A DNA stretch of 64,000 nt, taken from the IMG/VR virus record IMGVR_UViG_3300033233_001970; one strand, written 5' to 3'. Position numbers and translations under genes: made by a program. The notes under the pieces were generated by a model, which saw only the letters and a program-made list of their open reading frames with translations, was not told the origin of the DNA and did no database searches. This document shows, in pieces, positions 18,108-28,492 of this stretch. Within the stretch, counting starts at the first letter, position 1; each line of letters begins with the position of its first letter. Origin of the DNA: a virus (Duplodnaviria; Caudoviricetes).

Positions 18108-20231
18108 GTGGACGAGGATGGCATCATCGTCCCCGGCCCCGACGACTACATCGACGCGACGTTCGGCGCGAACGGCTATTTGGCTAGGACAAAACGAGAC
18201 TACCTCGTTCGTCCTGGCCAAGTAGCGTTCGCGCGCGCGGTCGATGCAGCGATCGTCGGGAAGGGGCACCTGCTTGCGGAAGCTGGCTGCGGAACGGGAA
18301 AGAGCTTCTCGTACTCCGTTCCTGCGTCCTATCACGCAGCACGAACAGGAAATCCTGTCGTGATCGTGACAGCGAACAACGCTCTTTCCGAGCAGCTCGC
18401 GAGCAAGGATCTGCCCTTCATCCAGAGCGTCGTACCGTGGGAGTTTTCGTTCGCGCTTCTCAAAGGTCGCAACAATTTCCTCTGCACCGACAAATACCTC
18501 GGTCTCGAGGCCGATCTCGCGACAAACAAAACGCTCTACAACGAAGATCTTGCCGATCGTCTCGGAGCTAAAAACGTAGACGAGCGTCGGCAACTGCCGA
18601 TTCTCTACAATTGGGCAAAAGAATCGTACAAGGGATTTTCGCACACAGACGAGGATGACGAGTTTGTCGAGACCGGCGACAAGTCCGATCTACCCTTCGA
18701 GCCGCTCGAGAGCATTTGGCACCGATTCAGCGTAACCGCAAACGATTGCAAACGATCGAGGTGCGCGCATAAAAGGACGTGTTTTTCCAACCGCGCTGCC
18801 GCAAAAGCTAGACAATCGCTCGTCGTCGTTACGAACTACCACATGCTCTTCGCTCATCTTCGTCTCTACATGGATAAAGGAAAGGATCTCATCCTTCCGC
18901 CGTTCCATGTGCTGATCGCCGATGAGGCGCACAAGATGCCGGAGATCGCGCGCGACTTCTTCGGGTTCAAAATCACGCCAGGAAGCATCAAACGAATCGA
19001 GAGACGTATCCGGCAACGCGCCCCCAACGTCGCCAGCACGCTCACGCGAACAGGGCTGCTTTTCTTCTCCTTGATGCGCACCCTCAAGCAAGACAAGGAG
19101 CGTTACAAGGCTCGCCTCAAACTGCATTTCAACAAAGAAGAGCTCGATGCCTGGGAGCAATTCAAAAAAGCGCTCAAGAACGCGCACCATGAGCTTCTCA
19201 ACATGGGCGAAGAAGAGACGACGTACGCCGAACGCACGGAAGAGATCGTCAAGAGCCTCGAAGACGCCATGGAGAAGCAAGAAGGAGATCGCGTCTTTTT
19301 CTTGGAGGAGGACTCCTTCCAGAATATCTCCATTTGCTCGAAGCTCGTCTACGCCAGCGAGATTCTCAGGCCCCATCTCTTTGGCAAAGTCGTCGCGCCG
19401 CCGCACGAAGACGAGGATGAATGCTCCGACGAGATTGAGCCTGGCGTTCCCGCCGTTGAGCCGACACCTGTCTCCGTCGTCGCGGCGAGCGCCACGCTTG
19501 CGACTGACAACAACGACTTTTCGTACGTGGCCGACGAAATGGGAGCGAAGGTATACGAAACGCTTGTCGCTGAGAGTCCGTTCAATTGGCAAAAACAGTG
19601 CCTTTTCATCGTGCCAACCACGATGCCGGAGCCGCAATCTCTCGAGTTTCGCGATGAGGTTGCGAAACATGTCGAACGCATCATCAAGCTCGCGCGCGGT
19701 CGAACGCTCGCTCTCTTCACGTCAAATCGGGTCCTGAATTACACGCATGATTCCCTCATCACTCCATGCCGACAACAGGGAATCACGCTTTTCAAACAGG
19801 GAGATATGCCACGCACGCAACTCATCGAAGCGTTCAAGGAAGACGTGTCGAGCGTGCTTCTCGGTACCGAATCGTTCTGGGCCGGTGTCGATATTCCAGG
19901 TGAGGCGCTATCCGTTGTCGTGATCGATCGGCTCCCATTCCCAACTCCCGACGATCCTGTTCTCGACATGATTTCAGAACGCGATGAGAAATGGTTTTTT
20001 CATCACAGCCTTCCTCACGCCGTTATCGCCTTCAAGCAAGGTTTTGGAAGGCTGATTCGATCGATGGAGTGCAAAGGTGTCGTCGTTTGCCTCGATCGTC
20101 GATTGGTCGACAAGAGATACGGAAAGCAATTTCTGCGAGCGATACCGAACGATATTCAGAAATCAACCAACCTTGACGCCATCGTTGACTGGCTTCGGCC
20201 ACCGGCTTTGCCTCAATGGGACGAGCTATAA
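18108..20231 (+). CDS. dinG: DinG/YoaA-family Fe-S DNA helicase
   Basis: EAGCGTGKS, LKGRNNFLC, C..SRC....CF, DEAH, SATL, FWAGVDIPG, FKQGFGRLIRS. Confidence 0.92.
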   Translation: MDEDGIIVPGPDDYIDATFGANGYLARTKRDYLVRPGQVAFARAVDAAIVGKGHLLAEAGCGTGKSFSYSVPASYHAARTGNPVVIVTANNALSEQLASKDLPFIQSVVPWEFSFALLKGRNNFLCTDKYLGLEADLATNKTLYNEDLADRLGAKNVDERRQLPILYNWAKESYKGFSHTDEDDEFVETGDKSDLPFEPLESIWHRFSVTANDCKRSRCAHKRTCFSNRAAAKARQSLVVVTNYHMLFAHLRLYMDKGKDLILPPFHVLIADEAHKMPEIARDFFGFKITPGSIKRIERRIRQRAPNVASTLTRTGLLFFSLMRTLKQDKERYKARLKLHFNKEELDAWEQFKKALKNAHHELLNMGEEETTYAERTEEIVKSLEDAMEKQEGDRVFFLEEDSFQNISICSKLVYASEILRPHLFGKVVAPPHEDEDECSDEIEPGVPAVEPTPVSVVAASATLATDNNDFSYVADEMGAKVYETLVAESPFNWQKQCLFIVPTTMPEPQSLEFRDEVAKHVERIIKLARGRTLALFTSNRVLNYTHDSLITPCRQQGITLFKQGDMPRTQLIEAFKEDVSSVLLGTESFWAGVDIPGEALSVVVIDRLPFPTPDDPVLDMISERDEKWFFHHSLPHAVIAFKQGFGRLIRSMECKGVVVCLDRRLVDKRYGKQFLRAIPNDIQKSTNLDAIVDWLRPPALPQWDEL

Positions 20232-20243
20232 GGGGAAAAATTC

Positions 20244-20612
20244 ATGATCGAAGAAAACGGACTCAGCGTCGTCACCGTCAAGAAAGAAGAGCTTCTCAAG
20301 GAGCTCAAGAAGAATCTCGAGGGACATCGCAAGATGTTTCTCGAAGCCCAGGCTGGTTTTCGTACCGCCTTCATCAAGGAGTTAGACTCGATGCTCGAGG
20401 ACGCTCGCGCCGGACGTTCGTATCGCAAGATGGTCATGCTCGAGGAGCCGCAGGATCAGTCCGCCGCCTACGCACGAGTGATCCGCATGCTCGAGATGTG
20501 CATCAAGGACACGATCTCAATCACCGAACAAGAGTTCGCACAGTACGTGCTCGACGACTGGTCGTGGAAAAAGCAGTTCCTCGCGACATCGAACCGATAC
20601 ATGAACGGGTGA
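20244..20612 (+). CDS. Hypothetical phage protein
   Basis: Helical 122-aa ORF with AAGGGG RBS. Confidence 0.75.
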   Translation: MIEENGLSVVTVKKEELLKELKKNLEGHRKMFLEAQAGFRTAFIKELDSMLEDARAGRSYRKMVMLEEPQDQSAAYARVIRMLEMCIKDTISITEQEFAQYVLDDWSWKKQFLATSNRYMNG

Positions 20613-20833
20613 ACCATGTGCGCCGTCGGAGGTCATTTCCCTAATTTACCGCGCACACCGGCGCCGCTCGGGATCGTGCTTGCTCCGCCGGATCAACGTC
20701 GCTGTCCGGATTGTGAGATCTGGCAACGCTATCCGGAGTCGTTCCGTGAAGACGGCGGCGCCCCGTGCGCTCGGTGCAATTCGTGTCGCACGCTCAAGCC
20801 GTACCACAGATGGAGTCGTCGCGAGGCTGGTGA

Positions 20834-21574
20834 ATGACTGCCTTCCAGGCCGCTTCCGACGATGTCGGCGCTCAGATCTTGGAATTCTATTCCAAGAAAA
20901 AAGCGCGATCGGTCAAAGAAGAAAAAGCTCATCAACTATCTGTCGAGCTACAGATCGGAAAAGCTGCCGAACATATCGCCTGTGCAGATCTAATTTTGCA
21001 AGATTTCAACGCTTTTACTTCTGACGCTGGGCTTCCTTATGACGTGGTCGTCGACGTCGACGGCCATCTCCTTCGTATCCAAGTAAAGGGAACTCTGAAA
21101 AAATACACGCACCCAAAAAAGCGACGTTCTAATGGTACGCCGGTATGTTCCTACCGATTCAGAACACGCAAAGGCCGTCATTACGCAAGAATCGACGCCA
21201 AATCAGTCGACATGTTTGCCTTTGTTGCTCTCGATATACGAAAAGTGGCATATCTAAAAACCGAAGATCTGCTCACGCGCGACAACCAAATCATTAGTCT
21301 TGTAGAGTTCGTTGACGAGGATGACGGAGACGGTAAGCGATGGGGACGACGAACTTTCCAAAAATGCGCAAAATTTTCTCTAAAATCAAAAGATGAGTCA
21401 AAAGAAAAAGCGTGTTTTCGATGTGGAGTAGTTCAGCCAGTTGATATTGAACATTTCGTTGCCAACAAGACATGTCGCAGCGGATTCGTCGGCGTATGTC
21501 GTAGCTGTTCACGTCCTGAAAACACCACAGCAGCGCGCATAAGACGACAAAAGGCCCAGGAGAGCAGCAGATGA
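20834..21574 (+). CDS. PD-(D/E)XK endonuclease, homing-type
   Basis: GKAAEHI, PYDVVVD, RIQVK, D.FAFV; C-terminal CxxC pairs; AT-richer than flanks. Confidence 0.8.
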   Translation: MTAFQAASDDVGAQILEFYSKKKARSVKEEKAHQLSVELQIGKAAEHIACADLILQDFNAFTSDAGLPYDVVVDVDGHLLRIQVKGTLKKYTHPKKRRSNGTPVCSYRFRTRKGRHYARIDAKSVDMFAFVALDIRKVAYLKTEDLLTRDNQIISLVEFVDEDDGDGKRWGRRTFQKCAKFSLKSKDESKEKACFRCGVVQPVDIEHFVANKTCRSGFVGVCRSCSRPENTTAARIRRQKAQESSR

Positions 21575-23367
21575 AAGCCAGAGTCTTGGTCAGCGATCCT
21601 GCATGGAAGTTTGTAGATTCTCTGCCGGGCAATACCCGTGGCGCAGAGAAAAACTATCCGTGCCTCGACGTATGGGAGATTCAGCGTTTTCCTCTTCCTG
21701 GGCTCGAGCCCGACGCCATTCTCTTTCTCTGGCGTCTATCATCGATGGTCGAGGAGGCGTATGCCGTGTGTCGCGCGTGGGGTTTCGTTCCGAAAACCGA
21801 GATCGTGTGGTCGAAAACCGTCGGCGAAGACACCGACGACAAAGAGGCAAAAGACGCGTTCGGGATGGGGCGCTACACACGTGGTGCTCACGAAACGTGC
21901 ATCGTAGCGACGCGTGGAAAAATGATCCCGCACATCAAGGACAAGGGAATCCGATCCATTTTCCGCGCGCCAATCGGAAAACACTCGGAGAAACCGGAAG
22001 CCTTTTTTCAACTTGTGGAAAAGCTTGTGGACGGCCCGTACGTCGAAATCTTCAGCCGCAAGCCACGCGCCGGATGGACGGTTTACGGGAACGAGATCCC
22101 TGGAGGATCCGTGTACACGCCACCGGCCGCAACGCCTCCTTCGGTTGACGGTATTTTCAAGTCAGGCACCGTCACCGTCGAGCTCTCCGTTGGCGGTGTT
22201 TCCTCGAAAACCACGACGCACGTCAACGGTAAGAAAGCCATCTGTTCGACGTGCGGTTTGCCGCAATTCGTTTTGCCGAACGGTTGGGATTGCGGCAACG
22301 GACATTTTGTTCCGTTGCCTCCCAACTCTCCGAAGCCGAGCGCCGAGGAGCGCACGGTCGATATTCCGTTCGAGCACGCAGCGGACGTCGCTCCTGCGGC
22401 GCAAGCCGGAGCTCGAAAACTCGGCGACGACCCGACCGTGTTGGTGACAGGTGAAGCTACCAACACTCAGCTCGTCGATGCGGTGGCGGGCGATCGAGAC
22501 AAGGATCTCGTTGGGAAACCCATGAATTTCGACCTGTCTACGCCCGCTCCCACAGTGAAATCCGAAACGGTGTCGGGAGCCGCAAAAAGCGCAGATCGTT
22601 GCGGATTCACCGACCCGACCTTTCGTCAGTGCACAAAAGAAGTTGGTCACGCGGAGCTTTGCTATTTCGGTGCCGCAACCACGGAATCCGTTCTCGGCGA
22701 AATGCCGTTCGAGAATTTTTCCAAGATCGCGATGGAGCTCCAGGTTCGCGCCGTCCGCGTCTCTTTGACCGACGTCTCGGGCATGACACCACTTCAACGA
22801 GGTACGGCGTGGGCGTGGATCGAACAAGGCGGAAAAGAAAACGATCGACCCGAATTCCTCGATCGGTTTCTTGTAGCGGCTGTCACGGAACAGAACGCCG
22901 CGCTTCCCGACACTGAGCTCGTGAAGAAATCGGACGCGGGTTCCGATCCGTGGGAAAAAGCAAAAGCTCTCATCATTTCTGCCGAGACGTCGGCTACAGT
23001 CGAAATGGCTAGCGAGGTCGCTGTTGTATCCGTCGCGATTTCGGCTCCTGTTCCGGTCGTTACCGAACCGCCGAAAAAGAAACGCGGGCGTCCAAGCAAG
23101 GCAGACATTGCTGCGCGTGAAGCCGCAAAAGCGCTCGCCGCAGGAATCAGTGTGGAAACCATTTCGGGACCGCAGGAGGCGTCCTCGCATCCGCCTTCAC
23201 CTGCACCTGTCTCCGCCCCAGCCGGAGCCCGAGAAGCTGGGAGCTCTTCTGCCGTACCCGACGAAGCTGCCGCCCATTTCACCAAATGGCATCGCGCCGC
23301 GAAAATGAACGACCAAGGCATCGATCCGATCGATGAAAATGGTTTTTTTACGGAGGCCGGAGCATGA
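21571..23367 (+). CDS. MT-A70-family adenine methyltransferase with long C-terminal extension
   Basis: DPAW, LFLW, AWGF, GMGRYTRGAHETC, HSEKPE, EIFSR..RAGWTVYGNE. Confidence 0.88.
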   Translation: MKARVLVSDPAWKFVDSLPGNTRGAEKNYPCLDVWEIQRFPLPGLEPDAILFLWRLSSMVEEAYAVCRAWGFVPKTEIVWSKTVGEDTDDKEAKDAFGMGRYTRGAHETCIVATRGKMIPHIKDKGIRSIFRAPIGKHSEKPEAFFQLVEKLVDGPYVEIFSRKPRAGWTVYGNEIPGGSVYTPPAATPPSVDGIFKSGTVTVELSVGGVSSKTTTHVNGKKAICSTCGLPQFVLPNGWDCGNGHFVPLPPNSPKPSAEERTVDIPFEHAADVAPAAQAGARKLGDDPTVLVTGEATNTQLVDAVAGDRDKDLVGKPMNFDLSTPAPTVKSETVSGAAKSADRCGFTDPTFRQCTKEVGHAELCYFGAATTESVLGEMPFENFSKIAMELQVRAVRVSLTDVSGMTPLQRGTAWAWIEQGGKENDRPEFLDRFLVAAVTEQNAALPDTELVKKSDAGSDPWEKAKALIISAETSATVEMASEVAVVSVAISAPVPVVTEPPKKKRGRPSKADIAAREAAKALAAGISVETISGPQEASSHPPSPAPVSAPAGAREAGSSSAVPDEAAAHFTKWHRAAKMNDQGIDPIDENGFFTEAGA

Positions 23368-23840
23368 ACGCGTGGGTTGCTCTCGGTGGCCTCATCGCGG
23401 AAGAACCCACAACCGTATGCCTCGTCGTTTCGGATTTTCGCGGCTGGCTCGAGACGTCATTCGAGAAGCTAGAAATTCGGTGCGATGAATGCAGCGACAC
23501 CTGCGTCTGGCTTTGCAAAATGTGCAACGGCAGCGGAGTGGGAGTCGATGGGAGTCCCATTTGCGCGATTTGCGATGGCGAACCCGTGCAGGTTTGCCTG
23601 TGTGACGACGAACCGCGACAAGTTCAGATCGCGAACGTGTTGGACGTTCGTGTCGAGCGCGCGAAGCTTCTTCGTCACGTACAAAAAGTTCATGACGAGA
23701 TCGTTTCGGCTTGTGTTCAAAACGGGACGTTGTATGTTGGTGAGCTCGCGATCGAACCTTACCGAACGTCAAGCGAAGACGTTGTCGTTGAGGAACGCGC
23801 GTATGCCCACGAGCAACTTCTCTTGCGTGGCCTGACGTAA
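23364..23840 (+). CDS. Zinc-finger protein with CxxCxG repeats
   Basis: CDEC, CKMCNGSG, CAICDG. Confidence 0.6.
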   Translation: MNAWVALGGLIAEEPTTVCLVVSDFRGWLETSFEKLEIRCDECSDTCVWLCKMCNGSGVGVDGSPICAICDGEPVQVCLCDDEPRQVQIANVLDVRVERAKLLRHVQKVHDEIVSACVQNGTLYVGELAIEPYRTSSEDVVVEERAYAHEQLLLRGLT

Positions 23841-23928
23841 GAAGAGACCAAAAGGGGAACACATGCATGTTGCGCGACGGCGCGACGGCGTACTGACCTC
23901 TCCGCTTTGTGACGGGGAGGCATGAGCC

Positions 23929-25383
23929 GTGGCCGAACTCATCTCTGTCCCCGCCCGCGTCGCGGGCGACCTCATTCTCTCCGGCCTGCATCCAAAACCC
24001 CTCGAGCTCCTTCGGTTGACGCTCTCTTTCCCGAACGACAAGTTCGTCCGCGCGAAGCGCATGGGATTCCAGCCGAACGGCGAGCCGGAGCGCGTCGAGT
24101 GCCTCATCGAGATGCCGGACGGATCGATCCATGTGCCACGCGGATCGATCGGAATCGTTAAGGAGGCGCTCGCCGAAAGCAAAATGACGGTCAACGTCGT
24201 CGAAGACGATCGCACGCGCGGGACGTCGATCGGGACGTTGTCCATGATCGATCTCCGTGACTACCAGCAAGAGGGCGTCGCGGCACTTCTCAAGAAGATT
24301 CAAGGGCTTGCGATTTTGCCCTGCGGAGGGGGAAAAACCAGATTAGGAATCGGCGCCGTCGCGGCGCTCTCGATCACGACGCTTGTGGTTGTGCCAACGG
24401 GCGACCTCGCCGATCAGTGGTCAAAAGAGCTCGAGAAATTGCTTGGTATTCAAGCCGGCGTTCTCGGCGGCGGCGTCGATGAAGGCGATCGAGACGTCGT
24501 GGTCGCGATCGACGACTCTCTCATCATGAAGCTCGAGAAAGAGCCGGATTGGGCGAAAAAATTTGGCTTTCTCGTCGTCGATGAATGCCATCACGTGCCC
24601 TCCAAAACCCTTCAACGCATTCTTTCGCGTGTTCCTGCTCGTTACCGTTGCGGACTCACCGCGACTCCGTTCAGGGCTGACAGCGCAGCTCCTTTAATCG
24701 AGTGGAGCTTCGGCCCCATCCTCGTCGAGCGGACGACCAAAGAATTGATCGCGGCCGGCATTCTCATGCCAGCTCAGATCGAATTCGTCGAAACGGAATG
24801 GACGTTCAGATACGCAATTCCGGAACCCACGAAGCGCGCCTACGAGTCGACGTTCGATTGGAAAAAGCGATTCGGTCGGTGGCAACGAGAGCGTCTCGTC
24901 GAGATGGAACGGACACTCGTTGAGGATTTGAGTCGCAACGCGCTCATTGCCGATCGGGCAGCAGACGACGCCAAGAAAGGCGAAACGGTTCTCGTTCTCA
25001 CGGGCCGTCGTGAGCACACGAAAGAGCTCGCAGAAATGATTTCCGCACGCGGCGCTGTAGCGGTCGCCCTCACGAGTGGAAGCGGAAAAAAGAAGCGAAA
25101 AGCTGCCATCCAAGATCTGAAGGACGGAAAGCTTCCGGTCATGATCGCGACGTCGCTCGCGGACGAGGGTCTCGACGTCACGCGACTTTCGCGTGTGATC
25201 CTGGCTTTTCCGCAGAGGGCAAAAGCGGCAACGCTGCAACGACTCGGACGTTTGTTGAGAGATTTTCCGGACAAGAATCCGAGACTCATCGATCTCATCG
25301 ACGGCAACATTCCGACACTCAAAAAACGCGCTGAAGCGAGGAAGAAAACATACCAAGAGACGGGTCTTTACATCGACGAATAG
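23929..25383 (+). CDS. SF2 DExH helicase (UvsW/XPB-like)
   Basis: LRDYQQE, PCGGGKT, DECHH, GLTATPFRAD, EGLDV, QRLGRLLR. Confidence 0.9.
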   Translation: MAELISVPARVAGDLILSGLHPKPLELLRLTLSFPNDKFVRAKRMGFQPNGEPERVECLIEMPDGSIHVPRGSIGIVKEALAESKMTVNVVEDDRTRGTSIGTLSMIDLRDYQQEGVAALLKKIQGLAILPCGGGKTRLGIGAVAALSITTLVVVPTGDLADQWSKELEKLLGIQAGVLGGGVDEGDRDVVVAIDDSLIMKLEKEPDWAKKFGFLVVDECHHVPSKTLQRILSRVPARYRCGLTATPFRADSAAPLIEWSFGPILVERTTKELIAAGILMPAQIEFVETEWTFRYAIPEPTKRAYESTFDWKKRFGRWQRERLVEMERTLVEDLSRNALIADRAADDAKKGETVLVLTGRREHTKELAEMISARGAVAVALTSGSGKKKRKAAIQDLKDGKLPVMIATSLADEGLDVTRLSRVILAFPQRAKAATLQRLGRLLRDFPDKNPRLIDLIDGNIPTLKKRAEARKKTYQETGLYIDE

Positions 25384-25436
25384 GGGGAACGGGCCGTGGG
25401 TGAAGCTGCGCGGGCGACTGTGCGTGCGGAGGGGCG

Positions 25437-28400
25437 ATGATTTCGTTTCCCAAGGCGCCGATCCGTCAAGCGTTCGTCGATCGTCTCAACGCGGATTCTG
25501 AATGGTTCGTAAAGATTCAATGCGATGAGCCGCTTCCTCTCGACCCGTGTTTGGCGTACGCGGCGCTTGAGGGCGCCGAAGCTAATCTTGCGCGCTGGTT
25601 CAGAGTCCTTGGTCTGAAAGAGGGCGACTGGCGCGAATACCAGTCCTTCGACGCAACCGAGCAACGCGGGCGCTCCGTCAGTCCTCACGTCTGGTCGAGT
25701 TCGAACGCGACAGACTCGGTTCGTTCGTTCTACGCGCTCTACAAAACCTCGCCTGGTCTCTACATCATCGGTAACCGGCTCAACCCGGAGGTGCGCTTTC
25801 GAGCGAAGCAGAGCCCGCTCGAGTGGCAACCGATGGAGCAAAAGAAGAGCACGAAAGACACCGATATCCTTTCGCGTAGCGTGCTCTACATCGACATCGA
25901 CGCCAAGCGACCTGACGGCATCTCGTCAACGGTCGAGGAGATGCGTATTGCGCACGAGGTCACGGCCGAAATCTACGATTGCTTCGCGCACATCCTCGGA
26001 TCCGAGACTTCGCTCGCAATCGGTCACTCGGGTAACGGTGGCGCCGTATTTGTTGCTACTGAGGCGCTGCCGAACGATGAGAAAACGAAACTCCTATTCC
26101 AGAACATCATTGGTCTGGTCGTTCGTACGTTCAAGCGCGGTGGCGTCGACATCGACGAAAAAGTGTTCGACGCGAAGCGGCTCATGCCGCTCTTCGGTAC
26201 AAAAAAGACAAAAGGCTCCGACAGCGTTTCTAGACCTCATCGTCGAACCTCGATATGGCTTCCAGGTGAGGAAGTAGAGCGAGCTCCTCTCGATTCGATC
26301 ATCAAGATCGAGCGCGAGCTCACGAAGGTGGCGCCCCCGCCAGAAGAGTCGAAGACGGGAACAAGGCCGGGTCTTCCTTCCCAACAAAAATCGACACGAA
26401 AAGAGTCTTCCGGTAAGGGCTATTTCGAACACTACGGAGAAGTCAACCACGGCTGTCCTATCGCCGACGTCATGGAGCGTCTCGGTCTCAAGACCGGTGA
26501 TGCAATTAGGTGCCCTGGCTGTGGGACCGAGGAATCGAAGTCGCGCGGCGGAAGCATCGCGATCCTCGACGAATACAACCGCTTCAAGTGCTCCCACAAT
26601 CGTTGCGCCAACAAAGGGCGCGAGGGTGCACGCAGCGCCGTCGATCTCGTTGTCGAGTCAAAAATGCTCAGCGAAGGCGAAGCCATTCAGTGGCTCGCGG
26701 AGCAATTCGGGATCACGCTCTCCGAGCCGCCGAAGCCGGAGAGGACGAAGTCGAACAACTCGAGTAAACCGGCGAAGGACGCTAAGCCAAAGAAGCCGCC
26801 ATACAAGCCAAGCGACAACCTCGAGCTCCTGGCTAAGCTCGCGCGGCGCGCCATTGAGTGCGCTCGGCTCGCCATCGCAGCGGCGCAACCTGAGATGTTC
26901 GAGATCACGCTTCGTAAGCAAGCGGAGCTTGTTTCTTCGGTCATTGCAGGTACGGACGTTTCGATTGAGTTGGAAACATTCCTGAATTTGAGTGAGGCGG
27001 CAGGACAGTGCGCATCCACTCTGTCGACGGAAGAGATCAATCGCATTCTCGATACCGCATTTAACGAAGGAAAGAAAACGCCAAAACAGCCTCCTGGTCT
27101 TGGCGCCTTTCCGAACCATCTCGATCGTGGCGATGAAGTCGAGCTCGGAAGTCGATTGCTCGATCTTTTGAGGGAGCTTGGTCCCGTCAAGTTCGATGAA
27201 GGCACGCTTTACGAATACCATCCGCACTCCGGCCTCTGGGTTGAAATCGAAGAGCAGATTCTTCATCAGTACGTCCAGCAGTTTGCTGGAATACCCATTG
27301 GAGAAGATGTTGAACCAAAGGTACTTTGTCTTGGAGATAAGCAGGTTCGCGGCGCGATTCGGTGCGCAAACGCGAAAGCGTTCGAGCGAGGCTTCTTCGA
27401 CAATGCGCCGTCCGGCGTCGGTTTCATAAACGGTTTCGTTCGTGTTGAACCTGGGCAGGTCATTCTCGAGCCGCACGGTCCTGAACGTCGCGCGCGCTCT
27501 GGGCTCCGCATCGTGTATCAAAAGGACGCGCCGTGTCCCATGTGGAAGTCGTTCTTGGACGACGCCTTTCGTGGCGACTACGACGCCGAAGACAAGATCC
27601 GGTTCCTTCAGGAATTTTTGGGCGCGTGCTTTCTTGGTATCGCGACACGTTACCAAATCGCGGTTGTTATGACGGGCGAGGGAGCGAACGGAAAGAGCAC
27701 GTTCATCGAAATCCTCATGGCGCAGTTCCCAAAGAACGTGCTTGCCGCAGTAGCGCCGCAGGACTGGAAACAGGAGTACCGTCGCGCCATGCTCGCTGGC
27801 AAACGCCTCAACGCTCTCTCCGAGCTTCCTGAGCAAGAAATCATGGAGAGCGAGTCATTCAAGGCATTCATTAGCGGCGACGCAATGACTGGAAGACACA
27901 TCAACAAACCGCCGTTCATGTTCAAACCGATCGCGGGGCATCTTTTCGCCGCGAACCAGCTCCCAGGTACGACGGACTTCACGCTAGGGTTCTGGCGACG
28001 CCTTAGCTGCATCGCGTTCAACGGGAAGTTCGAGGGTTCTGCTGCGGACAAGAAGCTGCCAGGTAAGATCATCGCGGCCGAGTCGGCGGGCGTCATCTCA
28101 TGGATGCTCGAGGGTGCGGCGAACCTGCTCGCGCGCGGCGACTACATCATCCCGAAGAGCAGCGACGAGGCGAAGCAAAAGTGGCGTCAAGAGGCGGACT
28201 CGGTCGCTAGCTTCGTCGAGCAGAAGACGTCGTCGGAGCCGGAGAATGGCCGACCGGTGCTCACGTCGGCCTCTGATCTCTATGACGCGTACCGTCAATG
28301 GGCGCAGTCCACGGGCCAGGCGCCGGTCTCGACCAGGAAGTTTGCTCGACGGATGGAAGGGCTCGGAAAACCCGGAGCAAAGAAGACGGCCAGTAATTTT

Positions 28401-28451
28401 TACCCTGTCCGAATTGTTCATTTCCAGAAACACAACGGGAAGATTCAGTAG
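25437..28451 (+). CDS. Primase-helicase: AEP-like domain, Zn finger, D5/P4-type SF3 helicase
   Basis: IDID and SGNG; CPGC...CSH..C; GEGANGKST; FAANQLP; GFWRR; C-terminal LYDAYRQW winged helix. Confidence 0.9.
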   Translation: MISFPKAPIRQAFVDRLNADSEWFVKIQCDEPLPLDPCLAYAALEGAEANLARWFRVLGLKEGDWREYQSFDATEQRGRSVSPHVWSSSNATDSVRSFYALYKTSPGLYIIGNRLNPEVRFRAKQSPLEWQPMEQKKSTKDTDILSRSVLYIDIDAKRPDGISSTVEEMRIAHEVTAEIYDCFAHILGSETSLAIGHSGNGGAVFVATEALPNDEKTKLLFQNIIGLVVRTFKRGGVDIDEKVFDAKRLMPLFGTKKTKGSDSVSRPHRRTSIWLPGEEVERAPLDSIIKIERELTKVAPPPEESKTGTRPGLPSQQKSTRKESSGKGYFEHYGEVNHGCPIADVMERLGLKTGDAIRCPGCGTEESKSRGGSIAILDEYNRFKCSHNRCANKGREGARSAVDLVVESKMLSEGEAIQWLAEQFGITLSEPPKPERTKSNNSSKPAKDAKPKKPPYKPSDNLELLAKLARRAIECARLAIAAAQPEMFEITLRKQAELVSSVIAGTDVSIELETFLNLSEAAGQCASTLSTEEINRILDTAFNEGKKTPKQPPGLGAFPNHLDRGDEVELGSRLLDLLRELGPVKFDEGTLYEYHPHSGLWVEIEEQILHQYVQQFAGIPIGEDVEPKVLCLGDKQVRGAIRCANAKAFERGFFDNAPSGVGFINGFVRVEPGQVILEPHGPERRARSGLRIVYQKDAPCPMWKSFLDDAFRGDYDAEDKIRFLQEFLGACFLGIATRYQIAVVMTGEGANGKSTFIEILMAQFPKNVLAAVAPQDWKQEYRRAMLAGKRLNALSELPEQEIMESESFKAFISGDAMTGRHINKPPFMFKPIAGHLFAANQLPGTTDFTLGFWRRLSCIAFNGKFEGSAADKKLPGKIIAAESAGVISWMLEGAANLLARGDYIIPKSSDEAKQKWRQEADSVASFVEQKTSSEPENGRPVLTSASDLYDAYRQWAQSTGQAPVSTRKFARRMEGLGKPGAKKTASNFYPVRIVHFQKHNGKIQ

Positions 28452-28492
28452 ATGCATCAATTGATGCATCTAGAAACCCGGAGAAGCTTACT

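Noticed and set aside
20834-21574. Group I intron around the PD-(D/E)XK gene
   Set aside because: The gene overlaps both neighbours by ATGA, leaving no room for intron core sequence.
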